From the NCBI GenBank assembly GCA_043779265.1, contig JAYWEM010000016.1:1-49933 (forward strand): a stretch of 49,933 bases of DNA. The letters are read 5' to 3'. The position numbers and the translations under genes were made by a program. The stretch is from a bacterium (GTDB lineage Bacteria > Eisenbacteria > RBG-16-71-46). Below, one piece after another: positions 36,957 through 45,064 of the stretch. The notes beneath the pieces were generated by a model. That model did not search any database, was not told the origin of the DNA, and saw only the letters and a program-made list of their open reading frames with translations. Each line of letters opens with the position of its first letter. Within the stretch, counting starts at the first letter, position 1.

Positions 36957-37169
36957 GGCGCTGCCGCCACGTTGAGCCACTGCCGCACCGTGCAGAACGC
37001 ATGACCGCGGGCCCGATGGCCCGTTCCTGCACGACGTCGCGCCCTATCTGACACGTTCACCGTCAGTTCGAGCTTGCCCTCTCATTTCGCGATTCGTCAC
37101 GCTTGTCCATGGCAACCCCTTGCCGCCCGTTCGACCACTTCATCGCGCACTGCAACGAGGGGAAGTGTC

Positions 37170-40100
37170 ATGCGATGCTTTCGACGGGATCGAGCGCGCT
37201 CCGGCGTGCTCGCGAGTCTTCTACTGGCCGCCTTCGCACCTTGGGCGGTTGCGGCTCCGTGTATCACCCAGCTCAATGTCGGCATCACCCATGGCTCGGG
37301 GAACACCCCGCAGGCCGTGGCGCTGGGCGATCTCGACGGCGACGGCCGACTCGACGCCGTCCTCGCCAATGGCAGCGCCAACACGTTCACCGTGCTCAAG
37401 GGTATCGCGGGTGGCGGTTTCGCGGCGGCGACCAGCATCGCCTCCGGGGTCAATCCGCGCTCGCTGACGCTCGCCGACCTCGATGAGGACGGCAGGCTCG
37501 ACCTGCTGCTCGGGACGACCGGTGGGATCCAGCACTGGCGCGGACTCGGTAACGCGACGTTCACGCTCGTGGCGACGCTCGACGCCGGAACGTCATCTCG
37601 CTCGATCGTCGCCGCGGACCTGAACGCCGATGGCGTACTCGATGTGGCCTCCGCCAACGCCGCCGCCAACGAAGTGCAGGTGCTGATCGCGAATGGCTCG
37701 AACGGCGTCCCCACCGGAGGCTTCGCAGTCGCTGTCCGTTACGCGGTGGGGAATTCACCGGCCCGACTGCTGGCGTGCGATGTCGATGGCAACGGCGCAT
37801 TGGACCTGGTGAGCGCCGACAACTCGGGCGGCACCGTGTCCGTGCTGCGCGGCCTGACCTCGGGCGGCGCTCCGAACGGTGCGTTCGCCGCCTCCGTACG
37901 CACGACCCTGGGCGGCAACCCTTCGGGCCTCGCCCACGGCGACGTGGACTCCGACGGGCGACTCGATCTGTTGGTGACGCATGGTGGCGGCAGCACGCTG
38001 CACGTCCTCCACGGCCGCGCGAGCGGTGGATTCACGATCGCCTCCTACCCGACGCCGCTCACCGCTCGCGAGTTGGCGCTCGCGGACGTGGACGGCGATG
38101 GCATCGCCGACGCGATCATGGTGTGCGCTGCGACGAATCAGATCGCCGTGCTGCCGGGCACCTCGGGCGGCGGCTTCGGCGCCGCTCGCACGTGGGCCAC
38201 TGGCTCATCCCCCACGGCTCTTGCAGTGGCCGATCTGAACGGCGACCTGAGGCCGGACGTCGTCGTCGCCAACACCGGCACCGCGACGCTGTCGCGCTTC
38301 ATGGGCGGATGCGCCGCGAATGCCGATGCCACGCTGAGCCTGCTCTCGCCGGTCGGAGGCGAGCCATGGTGGCCCGGACTGCCGCAGCGTGTGAGCTGGC
38401 AGAAGGGCGCGGCCGTCACGGCGGTCGATGTCGAGCTGTCGAGCGATGGCGGCGTCACGTGGCAGCCCTTGGCCACGTCCGTGCCCGGTACCACCACGAT
38501 GGTCGTCGCGCCGCCCCCGATCAGCGGCGATGCGCGGGTGCGCGTACGCGACCGTCACGTCCGGACACGCATGGCCTCGAGCCCGGCGCCGTTCGATGTC
38601 TGCGGTCTCCTCGCGGGCCCGGTCGAGTCGCCGGCCGGTCTGCTCGGCGCGACAGGTATGATCGCCGCCGACTTCGATGACGATGGCGTGCTCGATGCCG
38701 CACTCGCCAACTCGACCTCGATTTCCGTGGTGCGAGGGACCGGCGGCGGCAGCTTCGCCGCATGGGGCAGTGTGGGCGCCTTGGCGCCGCGCGCCCTCGC
38801 CGCAGCCGATCTCGACCGAGATGGTCGTGCCGACCTTCTGTCGCTCGAGGGCACGCGATTGATCATCCGCGCGGGCGGCGAGATGAGTGAAGGCTCGAGC
38901 CAGGCGATCGAACTGTCGGTCTCCGGCAGGGGGCTGACCATCGCCGATCTCGATCGCGACGGCGATCTCGATGTGGCGATCGTGACCGGCGATGCGGGCA
39001 GCGGGTCACTGCGAGTCCTGCTGGGCGATGGCGCGGGCGGTCTCGTGCCCGGCCCCGTTCAAGTGCTGAGCGCGCCGGGCGCGCGCGTGCTGGCGGCCGA
39101 CCTCGACTCGGATGGCTCGATCGAGTTGACCTTGACCACATCGTCGACGCTCGAAGTGTGGCGATTCGTCGCAGCCACCTGGGTCCCGGTCAGTGCACGA
39201 CTGCTGGCGGCTCCGGTCGGCGATCTCGCATGGGGCGACTTCGACCGCGACGGCCGGCTCGATCTGGCCGCCTGTCTCAGCGTGACCGGCGACGTCTGGC
39301 GGTTCCGCGGCAACAACACACTCGGCTTCGATGCGCCGAGCGCGTTCCATGCGGGCAACGGCCCCGCGCATCTGAGTGCCACCGACTGGGATGGTGATGG
39401 ACGCACCGACCTCGTGCTCGGCTCGAGCGGGGCCGCGGGCGTCGCGATGCTGCTTGGCGATGGCAGCGCGCCCGCCAGCGCGGGCACGTTCACGCCGGTC
39501 GAGCGATTCGGCGACGTGGCGACGAGCGGTGCGGCGATGCTGATCGCCGATCTCGATGGCGATCGCGCGCCCGACGTGCTGCTCGCGACGGCGGATGGCC
39601 GCATCGAGACGCGACCCTCGCCGTGCGCCCCGCAGCAGGCGGACACGCTGGCGTGGACAGGTCCCTCGAACTCGCTTGGTTCCGTCGATCCGGGTACCGA
39701 GATCGTTCTCGGCTGGACGCGCGGTCCTGCCGTGTCCCTGGCCGCGATCGAGCTGTCGCGAGACGGCGGCGAACACTGGGAGACGCTGCAGCCCGCGAGC
39801 GCCGGATCGCAGTGGCGATGGACCGTACGAGGGCCCGGCACCAGCAAGGCGATGCTCCGCGTCAGGGATGCCGTCGTCCAGGGTCGCCGCGCGGTGAGCG
39901 CGATGTTCGCCATCACCGGACCGGCGCTGGAGGTCGAAGCGCCCTCCTCGCGCACACTCGCTCTCTCGGCGCCCTGGCCCTCCCCCACTCGTGCTGGCGT
40001 GCAGCTGCGACTGTCGCTGCAAACGCCGGGCGACGTGCGCGCGGAACTCGTCGATCTGCAGGGACGCGTCATCCGTGTACTCGAGGACGGCGTTCTCGCA

Positions 40101-40229
40101 GCGGGAGGCCACTCGATCGGCTGGGACGGCCTCGACGCGAGTGGCTGCCGTCCGCATCCGGGCGTTCTGTTCGTGCGCGTGGCCGCGGGGGGCGAGAGTC
40201 TGACGAGGCGCGTCGTCGTGATGAGGTAG
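37170..40229 (+). CDS. Secreted FG-GAP/VCBS repeat protein with Ig-like domains and C-terminal FlgD-Ig/T9SS-like domain
   Basis: About 12 xDxDxDGxxD repeats in two blocks, each block followed by an Ig-like module containing 'ELSxDGGxxW'. CTD 'DLQGRVIRVL...WDGLD...GVLFVRV...RRVVVMR'. Confidence 0.88.
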   Translation: MRCFRRDRARSGVLASLLLAAFAPWAVAAPCITQLNVGITHGSGNTPQAVALGDLDGDGRLDAVLANGSANTFTVLKGIAGGGFAAATSIASGVNPRSLTLADLDEDGRLDLLLGTTGGIQHWRGLGNATFTLVATLDAGTSSRSIVAADLNADGVLDVASANAAANEVQVLIANGSNGVPTGGFAVAVRYAVGNSPARLLACDVDGNGALDLVSADNSGGTVSVLRGLTSGGAPNGAFAASVRTTLGGNPSGLAHGDVDSDGRLDLLVTHGGGSTLHVLHGRASGGFTIASYPTPLTARELALADVDGDGIADAIMVCAATNQIAVLPGTSGGGFGAARTWATGSSPTALAVADLNGDLRPDVVVANTGTATLSRFMGGCAANADATLSLLSPVGGEPWWPGLPQRVSWQKGAAVTAVDVELSSDGGVTWQPLATSVPGTTTMVVAPPPISGDARVRVRDRHVRTRMASSPAPFDVCGLLAGPVESPAGLLGATGMIAADFDDDGVLDAALANSTSISVVRGTGGGSFAAWGSVGALAPRALAAADLDRDGRADLLSLEGTRLIIRAGGEMSEGSSQAIELSVSGRGLTIADLDRDGDLDVAIVTGDAGSGSLRVLLGDGAGGLVPGPVQVLSAPGARVLAADLDSDGSIELTLTTSSTLEVWRFVAATWVPVSARLLAAPVGDLAWGDFDRDGRLDLAACLSVTGDVWRFRGNNTLGFDAPSAFHAGNGPAHLSATDWDGDGRTDLVLGSSGAAGVAMLLGDGSAPASAGTFTPVERFGDVATSGAAMLIADLDGDRAPDVLLATADGRIETRPSPCAPQQADTLAWTGPSNSLGSVDPGTEIVLGWTRGPAVSLAAIELSRDGGEHWETLQPASAGSQWRWTVRGPGTSKAMLRVRDAVVQGRRAVSAMFAITGPALEVEAPSSRTLALSAPWPSPTRAGVQLRLSLQTPGDVRAELVDLQGRVIRVLEDGVLAAGGHSIGWDGLDASGCRPHPGVLFVRVAAGGESLTRRVVVMR

Positions 40230-40492
40230 AGCGGGCAGGGCGCTCGAAGTCCGGACCATCGGGCGACAGCGGGCGCGTCCTCGTGCAATCCGCACGGGCG
40301 ATGGGCGCACCCACCGCGAGCGACGGCCGAGCGTCCTCGCAACTCCTTGCCGGGCCGCACCGGCTGGCCGGCGGCGCCACATCCGGAGGTGGCGGCCCTC
40401 TGGCATCCACCTTGCAGCCATCGAGGCCGCGTCATCGCCCGCGCGCGTTCGTTGGCGCCGGAGCGGCCCCCGACCACCTTGAAGAGGACCTC

Positions 40493-41296
40493 ATGACCTC
40501 ATCGCCCTTTCGCACCACCTGCCTCTCCCTGATCCTCGCCGCGACGCTCGCGGGTTGTGGCGGCAGCAGCAACACCGCCCCCGCATCGATCTCGCAGCAG
40601 CAGGCGAGTGAGGTGGCGCAGCAGGTCGCCGCACTTCTGTTCCTGGGGCCCAACCCCACCAGCGTCCCGTCATCCTTCACGAGCCCTGCCGATCGCGCCG
40701 ACCACACCGGCATGAACATGCACCGGCGTGGCAGCCTCGGGCCGATGGCGGTGCGTGCCGAGTCCGACCTGTCGTGGTCGTTCGACGTGCGCTGGTACGA
40801 CGCGAGTGGTGGGGAACAGTTCTGGTACGACTCCACGACGACAGCGCGAGTGGTGACCGACCAGACGGCGCGAGGTTCCTATTCGGGCGAGGGCTACACC
40901 GCCACGATGGGCCACGCCGGCCATGTCGATCTCGCGGGGCTGCTCGCCTCGCAGCCGCAGATCATCGTCAGCGCGACGCGCAACGACACGCTCGATGCCG
41001 CCTACTCCGGCATCCAGGGCGAGGCCCAGCTCTCGCTCAAGTGCTCGGGCGCCTACGCTCAGGTGAGCCGCCTCAAGCCGCTCGAGGAGAATCCGCATCC
41101 GTCGGCCGGCACGGCGAGCTGGTCGATCGTCGCGCATCGCGCCTTCCAGAACGGACAGGGCTCGCACGCCCAGAACTTCAATACGTCGGTGCTCGTGACG
41201 TTCAACGGCACGCGATTCGTGCCGCTGGTCGTGAATGGGCAGTGGCACTACACGCTTGACCTCGAGACCGGACAGGTCACGCCCGTCTCGGTCTGA
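40493..41296 (+). CDS. Hypothetical lipoprotein
   Basis: GAGG RBS; lipobox LAGC after a hydrophobic stretch (MTSSPFRTTCLSLILAATLAGC); beta-rich mature region; followed by a terminator. Confidence 0.8.
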   Translation: MTSSPFRTTCLSLILAATLAGCGGSSNTAPASISQQQASEVAQQVAALLFLGPNPTSVPSSFTSPADRADHTGMNMHRRGSLGPMAVRAESDLSWSFDVRWYDASGGEQFWYDSTTTARVVTDQTARGSYSGEGYTATMGHAGHVDLAGLLASQPQIIVSATRNDTLDAAYSGIQGEAQLSLKCSGAYAQVSRLKPLEENPHPSAGTASWSIVAHRAFQNGQGSHAQNFNTSVLVTFNGTRFVPLVVNGQWHYTLDLETGQVTPVSV

Positions 41297-41309
41297 TCCA
41301 CGCCGCGTT

Positions 41310-41351
41310 CGACGCCCGCGCGAGCCCTTGCTCGCGCGGGCGTCGTCGTTT
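41310..41351 (+). terminator. Intrinsic terminator after the lipoprotein gene
   Basis: 16-bp perfect stem CGACGCCCGCGCGAGC/GCTCGCGCGGGCGTCG with CCTT loop, followed by TCGTTT. Confidence 0.8.
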
Positions 41352-41416
41352 CCCCCCGCCTCACCTATAGTGCGCGCGTGCCGCAGGGACCATCCCTTCA
41401 CCGAGGAGACCCCGTC

Positions 41417-42445
41417 ATGCGCCGTCACTCGCCGCGGTTCGCCGCGCTCGCACTCGCGTGCCTCTGCCTCCCCGCGCCCGCCGCATCGGTCGTGCCTCCG
41501 GGCGCTTCCCCGCAATCGCTCGCGCACACGTACTCGATCGTCGCGCGCGATCCGGCCACCGGCGAACTCGGCGTGGCCGTGCAGTCGCACTACTTCTCCG
41601 TCGGACCCATCGTGCCGTGGGTGGAGCCCGGCGTCGGCGCCGTCGCGACGCAATCGCTCGTGCTCGTGGACTACGGCCCGCTCGGACTCGCGCTGATGCG
41701 CCAGGGATTCACGGCTCGCCATGCGCTCGACTCGCTGCTGCGCGCCGACGAGCATCGCGACGGCCGACAAGTGGCGATGGTGGATGCCGCGGGCGGCGTC
41801 GCCGCCTACACGGGACCCATGTGCATCCCCGATGCCGGCGACTTGCAGGGCGCGCAGTTCAGCGTTCAGGGCAATCTGATGAGCAACGCCACGGTGTGGC
41901 CGGCGATGAAGACGGCGTTCGAAGCCGCCAAGGGCGATCTCGCCGAACGCATGATGGTGGCGCTCGAGGCGGCGGAGAGGGCGGGCGGCGACATCCGCGG
42001 GCGTCAGTCCGCCGCGATGGTGGTGATGAAGGGAACGCCCAGCGGCAAGCCATGGAACGACTACCTCGTGAATCTCCGTGTCGAGGATCACGAGGAACCG
42101 CTCAAGGAGTTGCGCCGACTCCTGCGACTGCGGCGCGCCTACAACTTCGAGGACGAGGGCGACGCCCACACCGCGGCCAAGCGGCCGGTCGAGGCGGGAC
42201 GCGCCTACGCCGAGGCGGCGAAGTTGGCACCCGATGTGGTCGAGTTGCAGTTCTGGGCGGCGCTCAGCATGTACACGAACGGGCAGGAGAGCGAAGGTCT
42301 CGCGCTGTTCCGCAAGGTGTTCGCACGCGAGTCGCGGTGGATCGACTTGATCCCGAGGCTCGCCAAAGCGGGGCTGTTCCCGGACGACGCCAAGAAGATC
42401 GCCGAGGTGCAGAATCAGAAGCCGAGGGGCCGCACGCTGCGCTGA
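41417..42445 (+). CDS. Secreted DUF1028 (Ntn-hydrolase-like) protein with C-terminal TPR-like region
   Basis: GAGGAG RBS; signal peptide then TYSIVARDPATGELGVAVQS, GVGAVATQS, QGNLM, GGDIRGRQSAA and LRVEDHEEPLKELRRL motifs. Confidence 0.9.
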   Translation: MRRHSPRFAALALACLCLPAPAASVVPPGASPQSLAHTYSIVARDPATGELGVAVQSHYFSVGPIVPWVEPGVGAVATQSLVLVDYGPLGLALMRQGFTARHALDSLLRADEHRDGRQVAMVDAAGGVAAYTGPMCIPDAGDLQGAQFSVQGNLMSNATVWPAMKTAFEAAKGDLAERMMVALEAAERAGGDIRGRQSAAMVVMKGTPSGKPWNDYLVNLRVEDHEEPLKELRRLLRLRRAYNFEDEGDAHTAAKRPVEAGRAYAEAAKLAPDVVELQFWAALSMYTNGQESEGLALFRKVFARESRWIDLIPRLAKAGLFPDDAKKIAEVQNQKPRGRTLR

Positions 42446-42458
42446 TCGCTCGCGTGGC

Positions 42459-43607
42459 TCAGGCGCCGCAGGAGTCGCGGCGCTGCGTCTTCAGGCCATC
42501 GAGGAACTCGAGGATGCGGGCGACGGAGCGTTCGTGGGAGTGCGTCTCCGAGACGCGCTTGCGACCGGCGAACCCGATCGTCGCAGCAAGCGAGGGGTCG
42601 CGCGCGATCGCACTCAGCGCGGCGCCCAGTGCGCCGACATCCCCCGGCTCCACGAGCAGGCCCTCCTGCCCGGAGCGGATGAGGCGCTTGGTGGCCGACG
42701 TCGCCCCGGCCACGACGGGGCGCCCGATCGAGAGCGCATCGATCACCTCCTGGGGACGGACCGAGCCCTCATCGCGGGTCGGCACCACGACGATCGCGTC
42801 GCACAGTGCGAATACGCGCGGCTGTTCCTCGGCCGGGACCGCGCCGCACAGCATCAGGCCGACGTTCACGCCCGACGCGCAGCGCAGCATCTCATTGCCG
42901 CCCAGCGCGTCACCGACCCCGACCAGGCGGATTCGGACCTGCGTTCGGATCGAGCCGGCCGCTTCGATCAGCGTCAGCAGGTCCTCGACTGCGACACCGG
43001 CCGCCGAGAACCCCACCCGGAACTCAGCCGATGCGAGCCGAAGATGACGAAGGCCGGCCTCGATGCGGCTCTCCGGATCGCTCCGCAGCAGTTCGAACGG
43101 GACACTGCCCGGATCGATCATCGTGGCGTGCTGCTCCGGTGCCCGAGCGCGTACCCAGTCCGCGACCGATTCGCTGTCGCAGATCGAACCCGCGCTCGCG
43201 GCGAACCCCTCGCGCAGGTCGGCGCGAACGCCGCGACCATCGAGGGATTCGAGGGCGCGCGTCCGAGCGCCCTGCACTTCGTAAAAGTGTGGCACGCCGA
43301 TCTCGGCACAGGCACGAGCGCCGTGCGGCGCGTCGGGTCGCCATTGCTCGATCACCAGGTCCGGCAGCACGTGCGAGAGATGCCAATCGATCTCCCGTTC
43401 GCTGACGGGCAGTCGCAACACTCGAGTCTCGAGTCCCCGCTCGCTGAGCGAGGCGAAGCCCGACGCAGGGCCGGCATCCGGGAGCAGCGCCGTCACCGAG
43501 TGCCCCCCCGACAGCCACGCTCCCGCCTGCGCCCGAAGGTGCATCGCGGCACGCTGCGGCCCGGCCAATGCATGACCGGGGTCGACACTGAGGAGGGTGA
43601 TGCGCAT
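42459..43607 (-). CDS. Glycosyltransferase family 4 (GT-B fold), divergent
   Basis: GGAGAG RBS and ATG 43607 (MRITLLS), GHSVTAL, 'ALSIGRPVVA...EGLLVEPGDVGALGAAL...GRKRV' GT4 C-terminal domain. Confidence 0.8.
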   Translation of the reverse strand: MRITLLSVDPGHALAGPQRAAMHLRAQAGAWLSGGHSVTALLPDAGPASGFASLSERGLETRVLRLPVSEREIDWHLSHVLPDLVIEQWRPDAPHGARACAEIGVPHFYEVQGARTRALESLDGRGVRADLREGFAASAGSICDSESVADWVRARAPEQHATMIDPGSVPFELLRSDPESRIEAGLRHLRLASAEFRVGFSAAGVAVEDLLTLIEAAGSIRTQVRIRLVGVGDALGGNEMLRCASGVNVGLMLCGAVPAEEQPRVFALCDAIVVVPTRDEGSVRPQEVIDALSIGRPVVAGATSATKRLIRSGQEGLLVEPGDVGALGAALSAIARDPSLAATIGFAGRKRVSETHSHERSVARILEFLDGLKTQRRDSCGA

Positions 43608-43668
43608 GGGCTCTCCGACCGGGCGGGGATTCCGTCGGCCAGGCGGGTGTCCCCCGCCGGCTCCATCA

Positions 43669-43697
43669 AGAGGTGGGAACTGGCCCTCGCCTGATAC
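43669..43697 (-). promoter_or_regulatory. Putative ECF-sigma promoter for the glycosyltransferase (GTATCAG-N15-CACCTCT, copy 1)
   Basis: Minus strand reads GTATCAG GCGAGGGCCAGTTCC CACCTCT, ending about 60 nt before ATG 43607. Same arms and spacing as the copy at 44347-44375. Confidence 0.65.
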
Positions 43698-43748
43698 ATG
43701 CGCCCGACTTCGACGGACTTCCCGGGCGGGCGCTAGAGTCCTCCTCCC

Positions 43749-44459
43749 ATGGCCTCCCCTCCCGGAAACCTCGACCCCGATCTCGATGCGCGCCTCGTGG
43801 CGCGCTGTCAGGCAGGCGAACCGAGAGCCTGGGAGGCACTCGTCCGCCGCCACCAGCGGCTCGTGTGGAGCGTCTCGCGCTCCTATCGGCTGTCCGATGA
43901 GGATGCCGGGGACGTGTTCCAGGAGGTGTTCGCCGCGCTGATCCGATCGCTCGCTCGCCTTCGAGACGGGAGGGCCCTGGTGCGCTGGCTCAGCGTCACG
44001 AGTGACCGGCTCGCGCGAACCGCCGCGGTGCGGAGTCGCCGCGAGCAGGCCATGAATCGCTCGTCCGATGACCCAGCCGGAAACGCCTTCGAGCGATTGG
44101 CCGCATCCGATGAACCGATCGGCGCCGATCTCGAGCGCCTCGAGCGCGAGGCCATGGTGCGACTTGCGATGGGCGCGCTCTCGGATCGCTGCGTGCGGCT
44201 GCTGCGCGCCCTCTACTACGAGGACCCGACGCCCGGCTACGCCGAACTGTCCGAGCGGCTCGGAGTCCCGATCGGATCTCTGGGGCCGACGAGGGCCCGT
44301 TGTTTCGACAAGTTGCGACTGTCGTTCGTTTCGATCTCGAGCGGAGGTATCAGCGGAGGGCTCGACGCCACCTCTCTCAACGAGCAAGAGCCCCGCGGCG
44401 GAACGCCCGAGCGCGGCGGTAGCCCCAAGCGTGCCCATTCCGAGGAGGCCGCCGGATGA
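43749..44459 (+). CDS. ECF-type sigma-70 family RNA polymerase sigma factor
   Basis: Region 2 'AWEALVRRHQRLVWSV...DAGDVFQEVF...WL', region 4 'LSDRCVRLLRALYY...YAELSERLGVPIGSLGPTRARCFDKLR', then a low-complexity tail. Confidence 0.93.
   Translation: MASPPGNLDPDLDARLVARCQAGEPRAWEALVRRHQRLVWSVSRSYRLSDEDAGDVFQEVFAALIRSLARLRDGRALVRWLSVTSDRLARTAAVRSRREQAMNRSSDDPAGNAFERLAASDEPIGADLERLEREAMVRLAMGALSDRCVRLLRALYYEDPTPGYAELSERLGVPIGSLGPTRARCFDKLRLSFVSISSGGISGGLDATSLNEQEPRGGTPERGGSPKRAHSEEAAG
44347..44375 (+). promoter_or_regulatory. Putative ECF-sigma promoter internal to the sigma gene, driving anti-sigma/CHAT (copy 2)
   Basis: GTATCAG CGGAGGGCTCGACGC CACCTCT, located in the sigma tail after region 4 and 80 nt before ATG 44456. 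Confidence 0.65.
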
Positions 44460-45064
44460 AGCGTCACGACCGCGACGCCCATCTCGACACGCGAATCGCG
44501 CTCGACCTGCTCGAGCATCGGCTCGATGCCGAGAGCACGAAACGGATCGAGGCCCACCTCGCCCGCCCGTGTCCCGCCTGCCGTGAGCAGCTGAGGCGCA
44601 TCGGCGATCTGGTGGCGACGCTGCGAGCCGATCGCGGCGCCGAGGTGCCCGAGTCGCTCACGCTTCGCGCGCTGTCGGTGTTCGAGCCAAGTCTCGAACA
44701 GCCGCCACACGAACATCCGCTGGCGGGAATCGTGCGCCTGTTGTTCGACTCCCTCGACGCACCGCTGCCGGCCGCCGCCAGGCGATCGGTCGGCGAGGCA
44801 AGGCGGCTGCGCTATGCCCTGGGCGATGCGGAACTCGAACTCGAGATCGATCGCGATACGCGCTCGACCATGACGTTGCGGGGCCGACTCGGCGCCGTGG
44901 ATGCAGCACTGTGGTCGATCCGCGCCGAGACGCCGGGGGAGTCGCGAGCCACCTCACCCGATGCGGCCGGCTCGTTCCTGATCGCCTCACTGCCGGCCGG
45001 CCCCTGTCAGCTGCATCTGGAGGGACCCGGCGGCAGCTTCCGCATCCCGGATCCGTCCCCATGA
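44456..45064 (+). CDS. Soluble zinc-finger (zf-HC2/ZAS-like) anti-sigma factor with C-terminal beta-sandwich
   Basis: ATGA overlap with the sigma gene and GGAGG RBS; H-x(24)-HLARPCPAC motif; no TM helix; C-terminal beta-rich, carboxypeptidase-regulatory-like segment (PDAAGSFLIASLPAGPCQLHL). Confidence 0.75.
   Translation: MKRHDRDAHLDTRIALDLLEHRLDAESTKRIEAHLARPCPACREQLRRIGDLVATLRADRGAEVPESLTLRALSVFEPSLEQPPHEHPLAGIVRLLFDSLDAPLPAAARRSVGEARRLRYALGDAELELEIDRDTRSTMTLRGRLGAVDAALWSIRAETPGESRATSPDAAGSFLIASLPAGPCQLHLEGPGGSFRIPDPSP

Noticed and set aside
43676..43681. GGAACT as a classical sigmaE-type -35 element for the sigma gene
   Set aside because: No suitable -10 at 16-17 nt spacing. The hexamer lies in the spacer of the better-supported minus-strand GTATCAG-N15-CACCTCT motif.
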